Positions 1-10,336 of a stretch of 64,000 bases of DNA are shown piece by piece. The number at the start of each line of letters is the position of its first letter. Within the stretch, counting starts at the first letter, position 1. Source of the stretch: Bacteroidota bacterium. GTDB lineage: Bacteria; Bacteroidota; Bacteroidia; UKL13-3. The notes under the pieces are model-generated. The model saw only the letters and a list, made by a program, of their open reading frames with translations. It did no database searches and was not told the DNA's origin. The stretch covers positions 13,711 through 77,710 of the forward strand of contig JAUXUD010000021.1 in assembly GCA_030680835.1 (NCBI GenBank). The letters run 5' to 3'. The position numbers were made by a program, and so were the translations under genes.

Positions 1-334
1 ACGAAATAATTACACCTGAACCGGAACCACTGCTTGGCAATTGGGGCATTTCAAAGCCTTTAAAAAATCCTCCGAAAGGGTCAATCAGCGTCTCTCTTTC
101 GGTTTGTGAAGGATTTGTTGAAGTGATAATATGTACCACAGTTGGAGTAACCAATTCGGCAACTTCTACAAAATCCTGGCGGTTCCCCTCTGCAAGCCCG
201 GTATATCGGGCTAAATAATTCTGATTAAAACTACTTTGATCATTTTTATCAGTGAGTTTCAAAATACCAACGGCCACAAGTCCTCCAAGGCTTGCTACCA
301 ATATCAACCCTAAAATGTTCTTCATTTGTTTCAT
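1..334 (-). CDS. HtrA/DegP-family serine protease, N-terminal part (gene runs off the window start)
   Basis: Not in the ORF track. The reverse-complement reading from the ATG at 334-332 gives MKQMKNILGLILVASLGGLVAVG (signal/anchor) and continues to FGGFFKGFEMPQLPSSGSGSGVIIS. The GSGSGVII stretch is the one that precedes the catalytic His in DegP/HtrA. The frame stays open to base 1. Confidence 0.7.
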   Translation of the reverse strand, partial: MKQMKNILGLILVASLGGLVAVGILKLTDKNDQSSFNQNYLARYTGLAEGNRQDFVEVAELVTPTVVHIITSTNPSQTERETLIDPFGGFFKGFEMPQLPSSGSGSGVIIS

Positions 335-473
335 TAATTTTGATTTTCTTTTCAAAAAGCATTCCAATGTACAAATTGACAGTTTTTTGCTTTTGAAACT
401 ATAAACGTAAATAAAATTTGTCATATTTTACCATTAATTAACGAAATTTGCCGATTCTGTAATAAAGTTTTCT

Positions 474-1379
474 ATGTATTTTGAACACGACAAGCACCAA
501 TATTTTTTCGAAAAATTTCTTCGGAAAGAGATGCATGGTGAAGAATTGGATGCGTTTAAAGCGAAATTATCGGAAAATGAAAAGTTTAAGGGGGACTTTG
601 ATTTTTATGTAGCCAATCGGAAAAAAATAATCAAAGAAGGACTTGCAGAATATGACGAAGCTGAAATTTTATTGCCTAAACCTCAAAAATGGGGTTGGTT
701 TTATGCGATAACCTCAGTTTTATGTTTGGTATTGATTATAGATTACTTTTTGAGTTCAAGTTATGATCAAAGTATTGCAGCTTCACACCGCAGAAAGCCC
801 TTAATAGAACGCATGAACTTTTTTAAAACGGATGATGCCCCATCTGAACAAAAAGAGCCGGAGAAAATACAAAAAGAAATCAGACCGGAGAAAAGCAATA
901 TAAAAAATGCGGATAAAGAAAATTTCACAATAGATAGTACTGAACTGTTTTCGGAAACCGAAAGACAGCTTCAAAGCTATATTCAGAGTAATAGCCCGGG
1001 TATACAATCTGATTTTTTTTTAATGGATAGCCTGATGTGGGTGTTCGACCAGAGGATAATGGAAGAAAGGCGCACAAGTCTGAATATGCAAACCGATTCT
1101 ATTCTGGATGACAGCAGCATTCAGATGCTTGTATTTAAAAGTTTGTACCGCAAAAATAAGGTATCCCAAAAACAACTGTTTGTTGAATATTGGAAATCAC
1201 CCATACATTTCAGGGGTTACCGGTTTTCGGGGAAAAAACTATTGCTGTTTGGGTTTGAAACAAACGATCCTTTATATTTTACTTATGATGAAGAAGGAAC
1301 AAATTTTCACTTATTTTTGCTGAATAAAGAATTCCATTTATTTCCTGATAACCAATTTCATAAAATTTTAAAGGATTGA
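474..1379 (+). CDS. hypothetical membrane protein (one predicted TM segment, WFYAITSVLCLVLIIDYF)
   Basis: 301-aa ORF with an ATG start, lying divergent from the protease gene. I recognise no motif. Confidence 0.55.
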   Translation: MYFEHDKHQYFFEKFLRKEMHGEELDAFKAKLSENEKFKGDFDFYVANRKKIIKEGLAEYDEAEILLPKPQKWGWFYAITSVLCLVLIIDYFLSSSYDQSIAASHRRKPLIERMNFFKTDDAPSEQKEPEKIQKEIRPEKSNIKNADKENFTIDSTELFSETERQLQSYIQSNSPGIQSDFFLMDSLMWVFDQRIMEERRTSLNMQTDSILDDSSIQMLVFKSLYRKNKVSQKQLFVEYWKSPIHFRGYRFSGKKLLLFGFETNDPLYFTYDEEGTNFHLFLLNKEFHLFPDNQFHKILKD

Positions 1380-2203
1380 ATATTACTTTTCGTAAATACC
1401 AGGGTACCGGCAATGATTTTATAATAATTGATGACCGGAATAATAATTTTCCACAGGAGAATAGATCACTGATTGAAACATTATGTAACCGCAGATTTGG
1501 CATTGGTGCAGATGGCCTCATTTTACTGCAAAACCATGCTGATGGGGATTTTTATATGCAGTACTTTAACAGTGATGGAAACGAAAGTTCGATGTGTGGA
1601 AATGGAGGAAGATGTATTGCACAATTTGCATTTGACCAGGGTATAGCTAAAAACACTACAACCTTTTATGCTGTGGATGGCATTCATACAGCAAAAAGCA
1701 CAAATGGAACAAACAATGAAAAAATTATTAATCTTCAAATGTGCGACGTGGGGGATATCGAAATCGCTGAAGAAAGCATCTGCATTTTAAACACAGGCTC
1801 TCCACACTACGTAAGTTTTAAGACAGAGCCGGTAGATACGATTGATTTGGTAAATCAGGCAAGATTAATCAGGTACAATGACGAATACAAAGAAAAAGGT
1901 ATCAATGTAAATTTTGTAAACCTAAAAGGTTTAAAAAGTATTGCTGTTCGAACATACGAACGGGGAGTAGAGGATGAAACTTTCTCGTGCGGCACTGGTG
2001 CAACTGCTTCAGCTTTGGCAACAGCAATCTTCAATAATTTACCCGGTGGCATGCATCAAATTAATGTAAATGTAAAAGGCGGAGATTTAAAGGTACAATT
2101 CAATTTTGAAAAAAATCCTGCTCGATTTACTAATGTTTGGTTACAGGGCCCCGCAGTTTTAGTATTTCAAGGATCATTGAATATTGATTCCGAAAATATA
2201 TAG
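1376..2203 (+). CDS. dapF: diaminopimelate epimerase
   Basis: N-terminal GTGNDFIIID motif and both catalytic Cys motifs (SMCGNGGRC and FSCGTGATA). The TTG start overlaps the upstream stop codon. Confidence 0.9.
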   Translation: MNITFRKYQGTGNDFIIIDDRNNNFPQENRSLIETLCNRRFGIGADGLILLQNHADGDFYMQYFNSDGNESSMCGNGGRCIAQFAFDQGIAKNTTTFYAVDGIHTAKSTNGTNNEKIINLQMCDVGDIEIAEESICILNTGSPHYVSFKTEPVDTIDLVNQARLIRYNDEYKEKGINVNFVNLKGLKSIAVRTYERGVEDETFSCGTGATASALATAIFNNLPGGMHQINVNVKGGDLKVQFNFEKNPARFTNVWLQGPAVLVFQGSLNIDSENI

Positions 2204-2274
2204 TATTTTTTTTTATTTTTCTTGACCTAATATTGAAAATTGACTTATCTTGCCTAACTTAAAGTGCAGTGTAA

Positions 2275-5200
2275 TTGATAGTAGTAAACACCCAACCCTT
2301 TGCTTTAGTATTTACATTAATACAGCACCCATTTTTGGGTATAGTGCTTGAGCCTCACATCGTTCAGGTAAATGGGAAAGGTGCATATACACTCACACAT
2401 CAGCGGGTTTTTTCAAAAACAGCAGATTACTTTGCCAAAAATATTTCTGAGGAAGATTTTAAACTCATTAAAATGCTGGATGAAGTTGATGACGATTTTA
2501 TTTTCAGAAAATACAATAAGGACAATAAAAGGAAAATAAGAACTTCAGAGTTCTTTGCTAAATATTGCCCTAAAGAAATGATTGAAGATACCATTCGTCC
2601 CTTTGTTGAAGAACGAATGAACAAGGTTTTTTTAAGAATGCGTGGCAAAACCATTTACCGAAATGGCAATGATAATAACCCAACATCCATAAAAGTAACC
2701 ATTGGTGATACCCAGGCGAATATTTGGTTTCATTTTAAGAACAATCCCGAAGGAATCCGTTATTATCCAACCTTAAAGTATAAAGACAGCAAGGTTGAAT
2801 TTATAGGAAAAGGTGCACAGATTGTTTCACAAACTCCAGCCTGGCTTTTGGTTGAAAACAATTTATACGATTTTGAAAAAAATGTAGATGGTAAAAAACT
2901 CCAGCCATTTATGAGTAAACGCTTCATTCAGATACCCAAAAATGCAGAAGAAACATACCTCAATAAATTTGTTATTCAACTTGTTGAAAAATATGATGTT
3001 AAATCGGATTGTTTTAGTATATACAATCAGCCTTCCTATGGCAGGGCAATCATTAATATGCAGCAATTTTTTGACGAAGATGTTGCCTTAAAACTACAGT
3101 TCGACTATTCGGAAATGATATTCGATTATAATTCGGATCAAAATACAATTGCACGGCTTCATAAAATAGATGAAAGATATGTATTTAACAGGGTGCAGCG
3201 GAACCGGAAATGGGAGGATACCAAACGCGACCTTTTAATAAACCTGGGTTTAAAACTGGTTAACAATGCATATTTTACCCTACCATCGGGGACTTTTCTT
3301 AAAAAAGAAGGGGAGCTCATTAAAGGCCAGGGAATTAATAAATATGATTTTTTGGAATGGTTGAATAGCAACCATGAAGAACTTAAAAAAAACGGAATTG
3401 AGGTCGAGCAAAACCGTGAACATGCTAAATATTTTATTGGAACCCGGGAATTAAAAATAGAAGTAAAAGAACAGCGGGACTGGTTTGATGTGCAGGCAGT
3501 GGTGAAATTTGGCGATTATACCTTTTCATTTATTTCATTACGTGAATACATATTAAAAGGCAAGCGTGAATTTGTTTTACCCAATGGAATGATTGCCGTA
3601 ATTCCAGAGGAATGGTTTGGCAACCTGAGTGGAATTCTTGAATTTAGTAATAGCGAAGATGAAATTGTAATTGAGAAGCACCATCTGGGTTTACTGGAAG
3701 AATTATCACACCATGGCGGTCGCTATTTAAAAATAAGTGAGAAATTATTGAAAATGCGCGATTACGGTCAGATGCGCGAAATGGAATTGCCTGTTGATTT
3801 TAACGGAACCCTGAGACCCTATCAAAAGTCGGGTTTTGATTGGTTTTACTTTTTAAAGGAAAATCAGTTTGGGGGATGTTTGGCCGATGACATGGGCCTG
3901 GGTAAAACCATTCAAACCCTTACTCTGATTCAAAAAGAAAAAGAGTTATACCAGCAACATAAAGCAAGAAAAAAAGAAACAGAAACAAAGTGGGTTCAGC
4001 AAGAGTCTGCAGATGCCAAAGGGGGACAACTGAGCATGTTTGAATCGGCGAATCATTTATCCGCAAATCAAATTTTATATTTACAAACCGGCGGTATTGA
4101 GCATCACAGCAAAGCGAAGAGCCAACAGGAAAAAAGCGATAACGCCACATTTATCAGAACCTCATTAATAGTTGTTCCAAATTCTTTGGTTTATAATTGG
4201 TTTAATGAAGCCCGCAAATTCACACCCGGCTTAAAAATATTGGTATATACGGGAATTAACAGAATTAAAAATGCCCAGTATTTTATAAAGTACGATTTGG
4301 TAATAAGCACTTACGGTACAGTAAGAGTAGATATTGATGTTATTAAAGAATTCAAGTTTAATTATGTAATCCTGGATGAAAGTCAGTCGATAAAAAACGC
4401 AAATTCACAGGCAGCTAAGGCGGTTAAGTTATTAAGGGCCAGTAATAAACTGGTGTTAACAGGAACCCCCATAGAGAATAGTGTTCAGGAATTATGGAGC
4501 CAGTTATCTTTTGTAAATCCCGGTTTATTAGGTAGTTTACAGACATTTAATGAGCGTTTTGTGCTTCCTATTGAAAGGCAAAAAGATGTACAAAAAATGG
4601 CTCAGTTAAAATCAATTATCAATCCATTTATACTCAGACGTACAAAAGACCAGGTTGCAACCGAACTGCCCAGTAAAATGGAACAAGTGGTTTATTGCGA
4701 AATGAGTGATGAACAAAAGGAGAATTATGAGAAGGTGAAATCATATTATAGGAATGAAATTATTAAGACAATCCGGGATATGGGCGTGAACAAATCACAT
4801 TTTACCTTGTTACAGGGATTAACAAAATTAAGGCAGATTGCCAATCACCCCGTTCTTACCAATCCCGACTTTACAGGTGAAAGCGGTAAGTTTAATGAGG
4901 TAACATATATGGCTCAAACTGCATTGGATGAGGGGCATAAAGTTCTTGTGTTTTCGCAATTTGTAGCGCAGTTGCAGATTTATAAAAAATGGTTTGAATC
5001 ACAAAAAATTGATTATTGTTACCTGGATGGATCTATGACCAATGAGGCCAGGCAGAAAATGGTAAATAAGTTTCAGGAGGGTCAAACTCCTTTTTTTCTT
5101 ATTTCTTTAAAAGCAGGTGGCTTTGGTTTAAATCTTACCCGGGCTGATTATGTTTTTATGATTGACCCCTGGTGGAATCCGGCTGTGGAAAGACAGGCCA

Positions 5201-5391
5201 TTGACAGGGCCCACCGCATAGGTCAGACACAAAATGTATTTATTTATAAATTTATTACCAAGGATAGTGTAGAAGAAAAAATATTGGCATTACAGGAGAA
5301 GAAAAAATTGCTGGCCGATAATATTATCGAAACCGATGAATCTTTGATTAAACAAATAGATGTAGAAGGAATTATGGATTTGCTTAATTGA
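2275..5391 (+). CDS. SNF2-family DEAD/DEAH-box helicase with a large N-terminal domain
   Basis: Helicase motifs LADDMGLGKT (I), ILDESQSIKN (II), LTGTPIEN (III), ISLKAGGFGLNLT (V) and DPWWNPAVERQAIDRAHRIGQ (VI). The start is non-ATG (TTG), because no ATG lies near the 5' end. Confidence 0.9.
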   Translation: MIVVNTQPFALVFTLIQHPFLGIVLEPHIVQVNGKGAYTLTHQRVFSKTADYFAKNISEEDFKLIKMLDEVDDDFIFRKYNKDNKRKIRTSEFFAKYCPKEMIEDTIRPFVEERMNKVFLRMRGKTIYRNGNDNNPTSIKVTIGDTQANIWFHFKNNPEGIRYYPTLKYKDSKVEFIGKGAQIVSQTPAWLLVENNLYDFEKNVDGKKLQPFMSKRFIQIPKNAEETYLNKFVIQLVEKYDVKSDCFSIYNQPSYGRAIINMQQFFDEDVALKLQFDYSEMIFDYNSDQNTIARLHKIDERYVFNRVQRNRKWEDTKRDLLINLGLKLVNNAYFTLPSGTFLKKEGELIKGQGINKYDFLEWLNSNHEELKKNGIEVEQNREHAKYFIGTRELKIEVKEQRDWFDVQAVVKFGDYTFSFISLREYILKGKREFVLPNGMIAVIPEEWFGNLSGILEFSNSEDEIVIEKHHLGLLEELSHHGGRYLKISEKLLKMRDYGQMREMELPVDFNGTLRPYQKSGFDWFYFLKENQFGGCLADDMGLGKTIQTLTLIQKEKELYQQHKARKKETETKWVQQESADAKGGQLSMFESANHLSANQILYLQTGGIEHHSKAKSQQEKSDNATFIRTSLIVVPNSLVYNWFNEARKFTPGLKILVYTGINRIKNAQYFIKYDLVISTYGTVRVDIDVIKEFKFNYVILDESQSIKNANSQAAKAVKLLRASNKLVLTGTPIENSVQELWSQLSFVNPGLLGSLQTFNERFVLPIERQKDVQKMAQLKSIINPFILRRTKDQVATELPSKMEQVVYCEMSDEQKENYEKVKSYYRNEIIKTIRDMGVNKSHFTLLQGLTKLRQIANHPVLTNPDFTGESGKFNEVTYMAQTALDEGHKVLVFSQFVAQLQIYKKWFESQKIDYCYLDGSMTNEARQKMVNKFQEGQTPFFLISLKAGGFGLNLTRADYVFMIDPWWNPAVERQAIDRAHRIGQTQNVFIYKFITKDSVEEKILALQEKKKLLADNIIETDESLIKQIDVEGIMDLLN

Positions 5392-5470
5392 TAATGTTCT
5401 CACAATTTTGAATGAAATTTTTGTTTATTGCAATCCGATACGATAACATTTTTAAGAATCAGATAATAAG

Positions 5471-7009
5471 ATGAAAAAACGCGAGCTGTTACTTAAATTA
5501 AGGGATGAAGCCCAGTTGGGTGGCGGGATAGAAAGAATTGAATCACAGCATAAAAAAGGGAAATTAACGGCAAGGGAACGGATTCATTTTTTAATGGATG
5601 AAGGAAGTTTTGAAGAAATCGGGGCCTTTGTACAACATCGCTGTGATGATTTTGGTATGGAAAAGCAACGGTTTTTGGGTGATGGGGTGGTAACAGGCTA
5701 TGGTACTGTGAACGGCCGTTTAACCTATGTTTTTTCGCAGGATTTTACTGTTTTTGGAGGATCCTTATCGGAAACCCATGCCGAAAAAATTTGCAAACTC
5801 ATGGATCTGGCTGTTAAAACCGGAGCACCTGTGATTGGTTTAAATGACAGTGGGGGAGCCCGTATTCAGGAAGGTGTGGTTTCATTGGCAGGTTATGCAG
5901 ATATTTTTTACCGGAATACAATGGCCTCCGGGGTAATACCACAGATTTCGGCAATAATGGGACCTTGTGCCGGAGGTGCAGTATACAGCCCTGCCATTAC
6001 GGATTTTATTTTAATGGTTGAACACAGCAGTTATATGTTTGTTACCGGCCCGAATGTGGTTAAAACAGTAACACACGAAGAAGTAACGAGTGAAGATTTG
6101 GGCGGTGCTTCGGTTCATTCGGGCAAAAGTGGTGTTGCACATTTTACCGCTGCAAATGAAATAGAATGCATTCAGCAATTAAAAAAATTATTGAGTTTTG
6201 TACCCCAGAATTGTGAAGAAAAAGTTCCATCCTTTGTATATGAATCATCAGACGAAACCAGACCTGCACTAACTGATATTATTCCGGAAAATGCCAATCA
6301 GCCCTATGATATCAGAGACGTAATTACCGAAGTTGCAGATGCAGAAAGTTTTTTTGAAGTGCATCATAATTTTGCTGAAAATATAGTAGTTGGATTTGCA
6401 CGCCTGGCAGGAAAAAGTATCGGAATCGTTGCCAACCAACCTGCTTTTTTGGCCGGGGTTTTAGATATCAATTCATCCCGAAAGGCAGCAAGGTTTGTAC
6501 GTTTCTGTGATTGCTTTAATATTCCTTTACTTGTTTTTGAAGATGTACCGGGATTTTTGCCCGGAACCGATCAGGAATGGAATGGGATCATAACCAATGG
6601 GGCTAAATTATTATTTGCATTTTGCGAAGCCACAGTGCCTCGGGTAACTGTTATTACCAGAAAAGCCTATGGTGGGGCTTACGATGTAATGAACAGCAAA
6701 CATATAGGCGCCGACATGAATTTTGCCTGGCCAACAGCCGAAATTGCAGTAATGGGTGCAAAAGGAGCCGCTGAAATTATTTTTAAAAGGGAACTTGACA
6801 AAGAAGAGAATAAGGCAAATGCATTGATAGCTAAAGAAAAAGAGTATGCCGAAATGTTTGCGAATCCCTATAGAGCGGCAGAAAGAGGATTTATTGATGA
6901 AGTAATTTTGCCGGAGGAGACAAGAATAAAGCTGATTAAAGCGTTTAAGATGCTTGAAAACAAAGTGACAAATTTACCACGCAAAAAGCATGGGAATATT
7001 CCACTTTAA
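5471..7009 (+). CDS. acyl-CoA carboxylase carboxyltransferase (beta) subunit; propionyl-CoA carboxylase beta / methylmalonyl-CoA decarboxylase alpha type
   Basis: 512 aa with typical carboxyltransferase blocks: [36 protein letters not shown] and [11 protein letters not shown]. Confidence 0.9.
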   Translation: MKKRELLLKLRDEAQLGGGIERIESQHKKGKLTARERIHFLMDEGSFEEIGAFVQHRCDDFGMEKQRFLGDGVVTGYGTVNGRLTYVFSQDFTVFGGSLSETHAEKICKLMDLAVKTGAPVIGLNDSGGARIQEGVVSLAGYADIFYRNTMASGVIPQISAIMGPCAGGAVYSPAITDFILMVEHSSYMFVTGPNVVKTVTHEEVTSEDLGGASVHSGKSGVAHFTAANEIECIQQLKKLLSFVPQNCEEKVPSFVYESSDETRPALTDIIPENANQPYDIRDVITEVADAESFFEVHHNFAENIVVGFARLAGKSIGIVANQPAFLAGVLDINSSRKAARFVRFCDCFNIPLLVFEDVPGFLPGTDQEWNGIITNGAKLLFAFCEATVPRVTVITRKAYGGAYDVMNSKHIGADMNFAWPTAEIAVMGAKGAAEIIFKRELDKEENKANALIAKEKEYAEMFANPYRAAERGFIDEVILPEETRIKLIKAFKMLENKVTNLPRKKHGNIPL

Positions 7010-7035
7010 GAATTTAGAATTAAGAATTTAGAGTT
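7008..7035. repeat. heptad-periodic spacer, 2 x 14 bp (AAGAATTTAGAATT / AAGAATTTAGAGTT)
   Basis: The heptamers AAGAATT, TAGAATT, AAGAATT and TAGAGTT fill the whole gap between the TAA stop (7007-7009) and the ATG at 7036. Confidence 0.8.
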
Positions 7036-8781
7036 ATGGATAATAAATTAAGGATTCATGGGGGTATTGTTGATTTGAGTACAATAAATCTCAGGTCGTT
7101 GTTTAGTAGAATCGATGTCAGTTCGAGCGTTCCCATTGTCAGTTCGAGCGATCCCGATAGCTATCGGGACGAGAACTATCGGGACGAGAACTCATTTCCA
7201 AGATTCATCTTGTTTTCCCTAATGTGTATTTTCTGCTTTAATTTGTCGGCTCAAACCGAAAAAAAAGTTAATTCTACCATTGGTTTTGTAACCGTTTTTA
7301 TTAACCAGGCGCAGGTTGAACGCAACGCTAAAGTGAGTTTGGATGAAGGCACGTACACACTGATTTTTGATAAAATTTCTCCGAATTTAGTGACAAACAG
7401 CATTGAAGTAAAACCTCCGAACGGAATTACTCTTTTATCGGTTTCAACCCAGAATGATTTTTTAAAACAAGATGAAAAACCACAGGTTATCATTGAAATT
7501 GAGGATTCAATCGAAAGGTTGAATGAACACCTAGCAGATTACAAAGCAGATAAAGAATCAATTGTATTGCAAAAGGATTTATTGCTGGCCAATAAAAATA
7601 TAGGCGGAACTACACAGGGAGTTAAAGCAGATGAGTTGGAGGATATTTTGGCGATTTATCAAAAAAAATTAGTGGAGTTCAAGCTCGATTGGATGCGCTT
7701 GAGCAAACAAGAAAGGGAAACAAATATCATTGTTCAAAAACTGCAAAAACAACTCAATGAATATAACCAGGGCATTTTAAATTTAAGCAATCAGATTTTG
7801 GTAAACATTAAGGTTGACAGACCTGTTTCTGATGCAGATATGAATGTAAGTTATCTGGTAAACGGGGTTCAATGGCAACCGTATTACGATATCCGTGTTA
7901 AAGATACAAAATCGCAGGTTCAGTTTTTTTTGAAAGCCAATTTACAACAAAGCACCGGCGAGAACTGGAAAAATGTGAAGTTGAAGTTTACAACGGCCAA
8001 TCCTTTGGCAGGTGGAGTAAAACCTGTTTTGTATCCCTATTTATTGAGATTTGAGTCACCCATTATCCCAATGGCTGCTAAACCGAATTTTCGGGGTGCC
8101 AGAATGGACGCTATGAATGCCATTCCACCGTCAATGGATATTGAAGAAGTTAAAAATGTTAGCATTACACAAAATATGATTAATACGGAGTTTAATATAA
8201 ATATTCCCTACACCATCCCATCAGACAATCAATTTCACATGGTTGATCTTACTTCATTTCAGCAAAATGCAGTTTATAGTCATGCCTCCGTACCCAAAAT
8301 AGATAAAGATGTATTCGTTACAGCAGCGGTTATGGCAAACGATTTAATCAATCAGATAAGTGGAGAGGCCAATGTTTATTTTGAAGGAACTTTTACAGGA
8401 AAAACAATGATAAGTCCTACCAGTAACGATACCCTACTATTAACGCTGGGCAGAGATAAACGTATCGTTGTAGAAAGGGTAAAGATTCAGGAAATGAGTT
8501 CGAAATCATTTTTTAGTTCTACAAAAAAAGAAAGTAATACTTATGAAATTACAGTTAAAAATACCACGAATGAAACGGTTGAACTAATTTTGGAAGACCA
8601 GATACCCGTTACTACAGATAAAGAAATTGAAATCAAATGTGCAGTATACAATGGAGGTTCATTAAACACAGAAACAGGTAAATTGGAGTGGAAATTGAAT
8701 TTGCAGGCCCAGCAAAATATAAAAGTAAGATTTTCATTTGATATTAGTTATCCATCAAACAGGAAAATATCAGCCTATTAA
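7036..8781 (+). CDS. DUF4139-like (MuiA / TIGR02231-type) secreted protein; true start uncertain (TTG 7210 or ATG 7222 are alternatives)
   Basis: 581-aa ORF. A signal-peptide-like segment (FILFSLMCIFCFNLSAQ) appears only at residues ~56-72. The first ~55 codons run through a GC-rich repeat element. The family name is from memory of similar Bacteroidota proteins. Confidence 0.7.
   Translation: MDNKLRIHGGIVDLSTINLRSLFSRIDVSSSVPIVSSSDPDSYRDENYRDENSFPRFILFSLMCIFCFNLSAQTEKKVNSTIGFVTVFINQAQVERNAKVSLDEGTYTLIFDKISPNLVTNSIEVKPPNGITLLSVSTQNDFLKQDEKPQVIIEIEDSIERLNEHLADYKADKESIVLQKDLLLANKNIGGTTQGVKADELEDILAIYQKKLVEFKLDWMRLSKQERETNIIVQKLQKQLNEYNQGILNLSNQILVNIKVDRPVSDADMNVSYLVNGVQWQPYYDIRVKDTKSQVQFFLKANLQQSTGENWKNVKLKFTTANPLAGGVKPVLYPYLLRFESPIIPMAAKPNFRGARMDAMNAIPPSMDIEEVKNVSITQNMINTEFNINIPYTIPSDNQFHMVDLTSFQQNAVYSHASVPKIDKDVFVTAAVMANDLINQISGEANVYFEGTFTGKTMISPTSNDTLLLTLGRDKRIVVERVKIQEMSSKSFFSSTKKESNTYEITVKNTTNETVELILEDQIPVTTDKEIEIKCAVYNGGSLNTETGKLEWKLNLQAQQNIKVRFSFDISYPSNRKISAY
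7117..7190. repeat. GC-rich composite repeat with an 18-bp perfect palindrome TCCCGATAGCTATCGGGA
   Basis: GTCAGTTCGAGCG occurs twice (7117-7129 and 7138-7150). The palindrome spans 7152-7169. CTATCGGGACGAGAA occurs as a tandem pair (7161-7175 and 7176-7190). The core CCCGATAGCTATCGGG recurs at 53758-53775. Confidence 0.85.
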
Positions 8782-8824
8782 TTATCAATGAAGATTAATA
8801 AAACAAATTCTATTATCCGATTAA

Positions 8825-10336
8825 ATGGGAATCAAATCATTTCTGGCTAAACCTTTCGCAAGATATATCAGCAGAAAGATATATAATGAAAGCAGAAATG
8901 CGCTTTTTTATCAACAGTATTGGTTCAATAAAATAGTAAGTACAGCTAAAGATACCCGGTTTGGGAAAGACCATCACTTTAATGATATTGTAAGCTACGA
9001 AGCATATACAAATTCAGTTCCTGTAAGCGACTATGAAGGTTTAAAATTATATATTGATGCCAGCTTAAACGGGGAAGAAAATATACTCTGGCCTGGCAAA
9101 CCTTTATATTGGGCCAAAACGTCAGGTACTACTTCGGGGATTAAATACATTCCGGTTTCTAAAGATTCTATTTCATTTCATATAAATTCGGCCCGCAATG
9201 CTTTGTTATGTTATATAGCCGAAACGGGCAATTCTGATTTTGTGGATGGGAAACTTATTTTTTTATCGGGCAGTCCGGAACTTGATAAAAAAAATGGAGT
9301 ATATATAGGTCGTTTAAGTGGCATTGTAAACCATCATATACCTGTGTATTTAAAGAAGAATCAAATGCCGGCATATGAAACCAATTGTATAGAAGACTGG
9401 GAACAAAAAGTAAATAAAATCACTGAGGAAACGAAAGCTCAAAACATGACACTTATCAGTGGCATACCTCCCTGGGTTCAAATGTATTTTGATAAACTAA
9501 CTGCAGCCACCGGTAAGAAAATAAAAGATATTTTTCCAAACTTCAACCTGTTTGTTTATGGTGGGGTAAATTTTGAACCTTATCGCGCAAAAATTGAGGA
9601 AAGCATCGGCAAAAAAGTAGATTCAATTGAAACCTATCCGGCTTCAGAAGGTTTTATTGCGTTTCAGGATTCGCAACAAGAAAAAGGATTGTTATTACTG
9701 ACGAATAATGGTATTTTTTATGAGTTTATTCCCACAGAAGAATTTTTTGATGAAAACCCAACGCGTATATCCCTTAAAAGTGTTGAGTTGAACAAGAATT
9801 ATGTTTTAATATTAAATACCAATGCGGGTTTATATGGTTATAATATTGGTGATACGGTTAAATTTGTTTCACTGCACCCGTATCGCATTATAGTTACCGG
9901 CCGAATCAAACATTTTATTTCGGCATTTGGTGAACATGTAATTGGAGAGGAAGTTGAAGGGTCATTAATGGAAATAGCAGCCTCGAATGGGATACAAATT
10001 ATTGAATTTACTGTTGCTCCCCAGGTGAACCCGGATGATAAGGGCTTGCCTTATCATGAGTGGTTTATTGAATTTGCTTCATCACCTGAAAATATGCAGC
10101 TTTTTGCAACGCAGATAGACGAAGCATTGCAGCGAAAAAATATTTACTATAAAGATTTAATTGCAGGCGGTATATTAAGGCCGCTTGTAATCAGAAAATT
10201 GAGCCCCGGTACATTTATTGAGTACATGAAAAGCGAAGGGAAACTGGGGGGACAAAACAAGGTTCCCAGGTTGAGTAATGATCGGAAAATTGCGGAAAAA
10301 TTAAAGCATTTTATAACGGAGTATCCATCAAAATGA
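8825..10336 (+). CDS. GH3 (auxin-responsive promoter) family protein, acyl-adenylate-forming fold
   Basis: 503 aa with AKTSGTTSGIKYIP (the GH3 / ANL-type phosphate-binding motif). The length and layout are typical of bacterial GH3 homologues. Confidence 0.8.
   Translation: MGIKSFLAKPFARYISRKIYNESRNALFYQQYWFNKIVSTAKDTRFGKDHHFNDIVSYEAYTNSVPVSDYEGLKLYIDASLNGEENILWPGKPLYWAKTSGTTSGIKYIPVSKDSISFHINSARNALLCYIAETGNSDFVDGKLIFLSGSPELDKKNGVYIGRLSGIVNHHIPVYLKKNQMPAYETNCIEDWEQKVNKITEETKAQNMTLISGIPPWVQMYFDKLTAATGKKIKDIFPNFNLFVYGGVNFEPYRAKIEESIGKKVDSIETYPASEGFIAFQDSQQEKGLLLLTNNGIFYEFIPTEEFFDENPTRISLKSVELNKNYVLILNTNAGLYGYNIGDTVKFVSLHPYRIIVTGRIKHFISAFGEHVIGEEVEGSLMEIAASNGIQIIEFTVAPQVNPDDKGLPYHEWFIEFASSPENMQLFATQIDEALQRKNIYYKDLIAGGILRPLVIRKLSPGTFIEYMKSEGKLGGQNKVPRLSNDRKIAEKLKHFITEYPSK

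Noticed and set aside
2275-5391. SNF2 helicase as part of a defence system (DISARM/BREX/Zorya-like)
   Set aside because: The neighbours are dapF and a carboxyltransferase. There is no methyltransferase, nuclease, PLD or other partner gene, so it looks like the conserved housekeeping-type Bacteroidota SNF2 protein.
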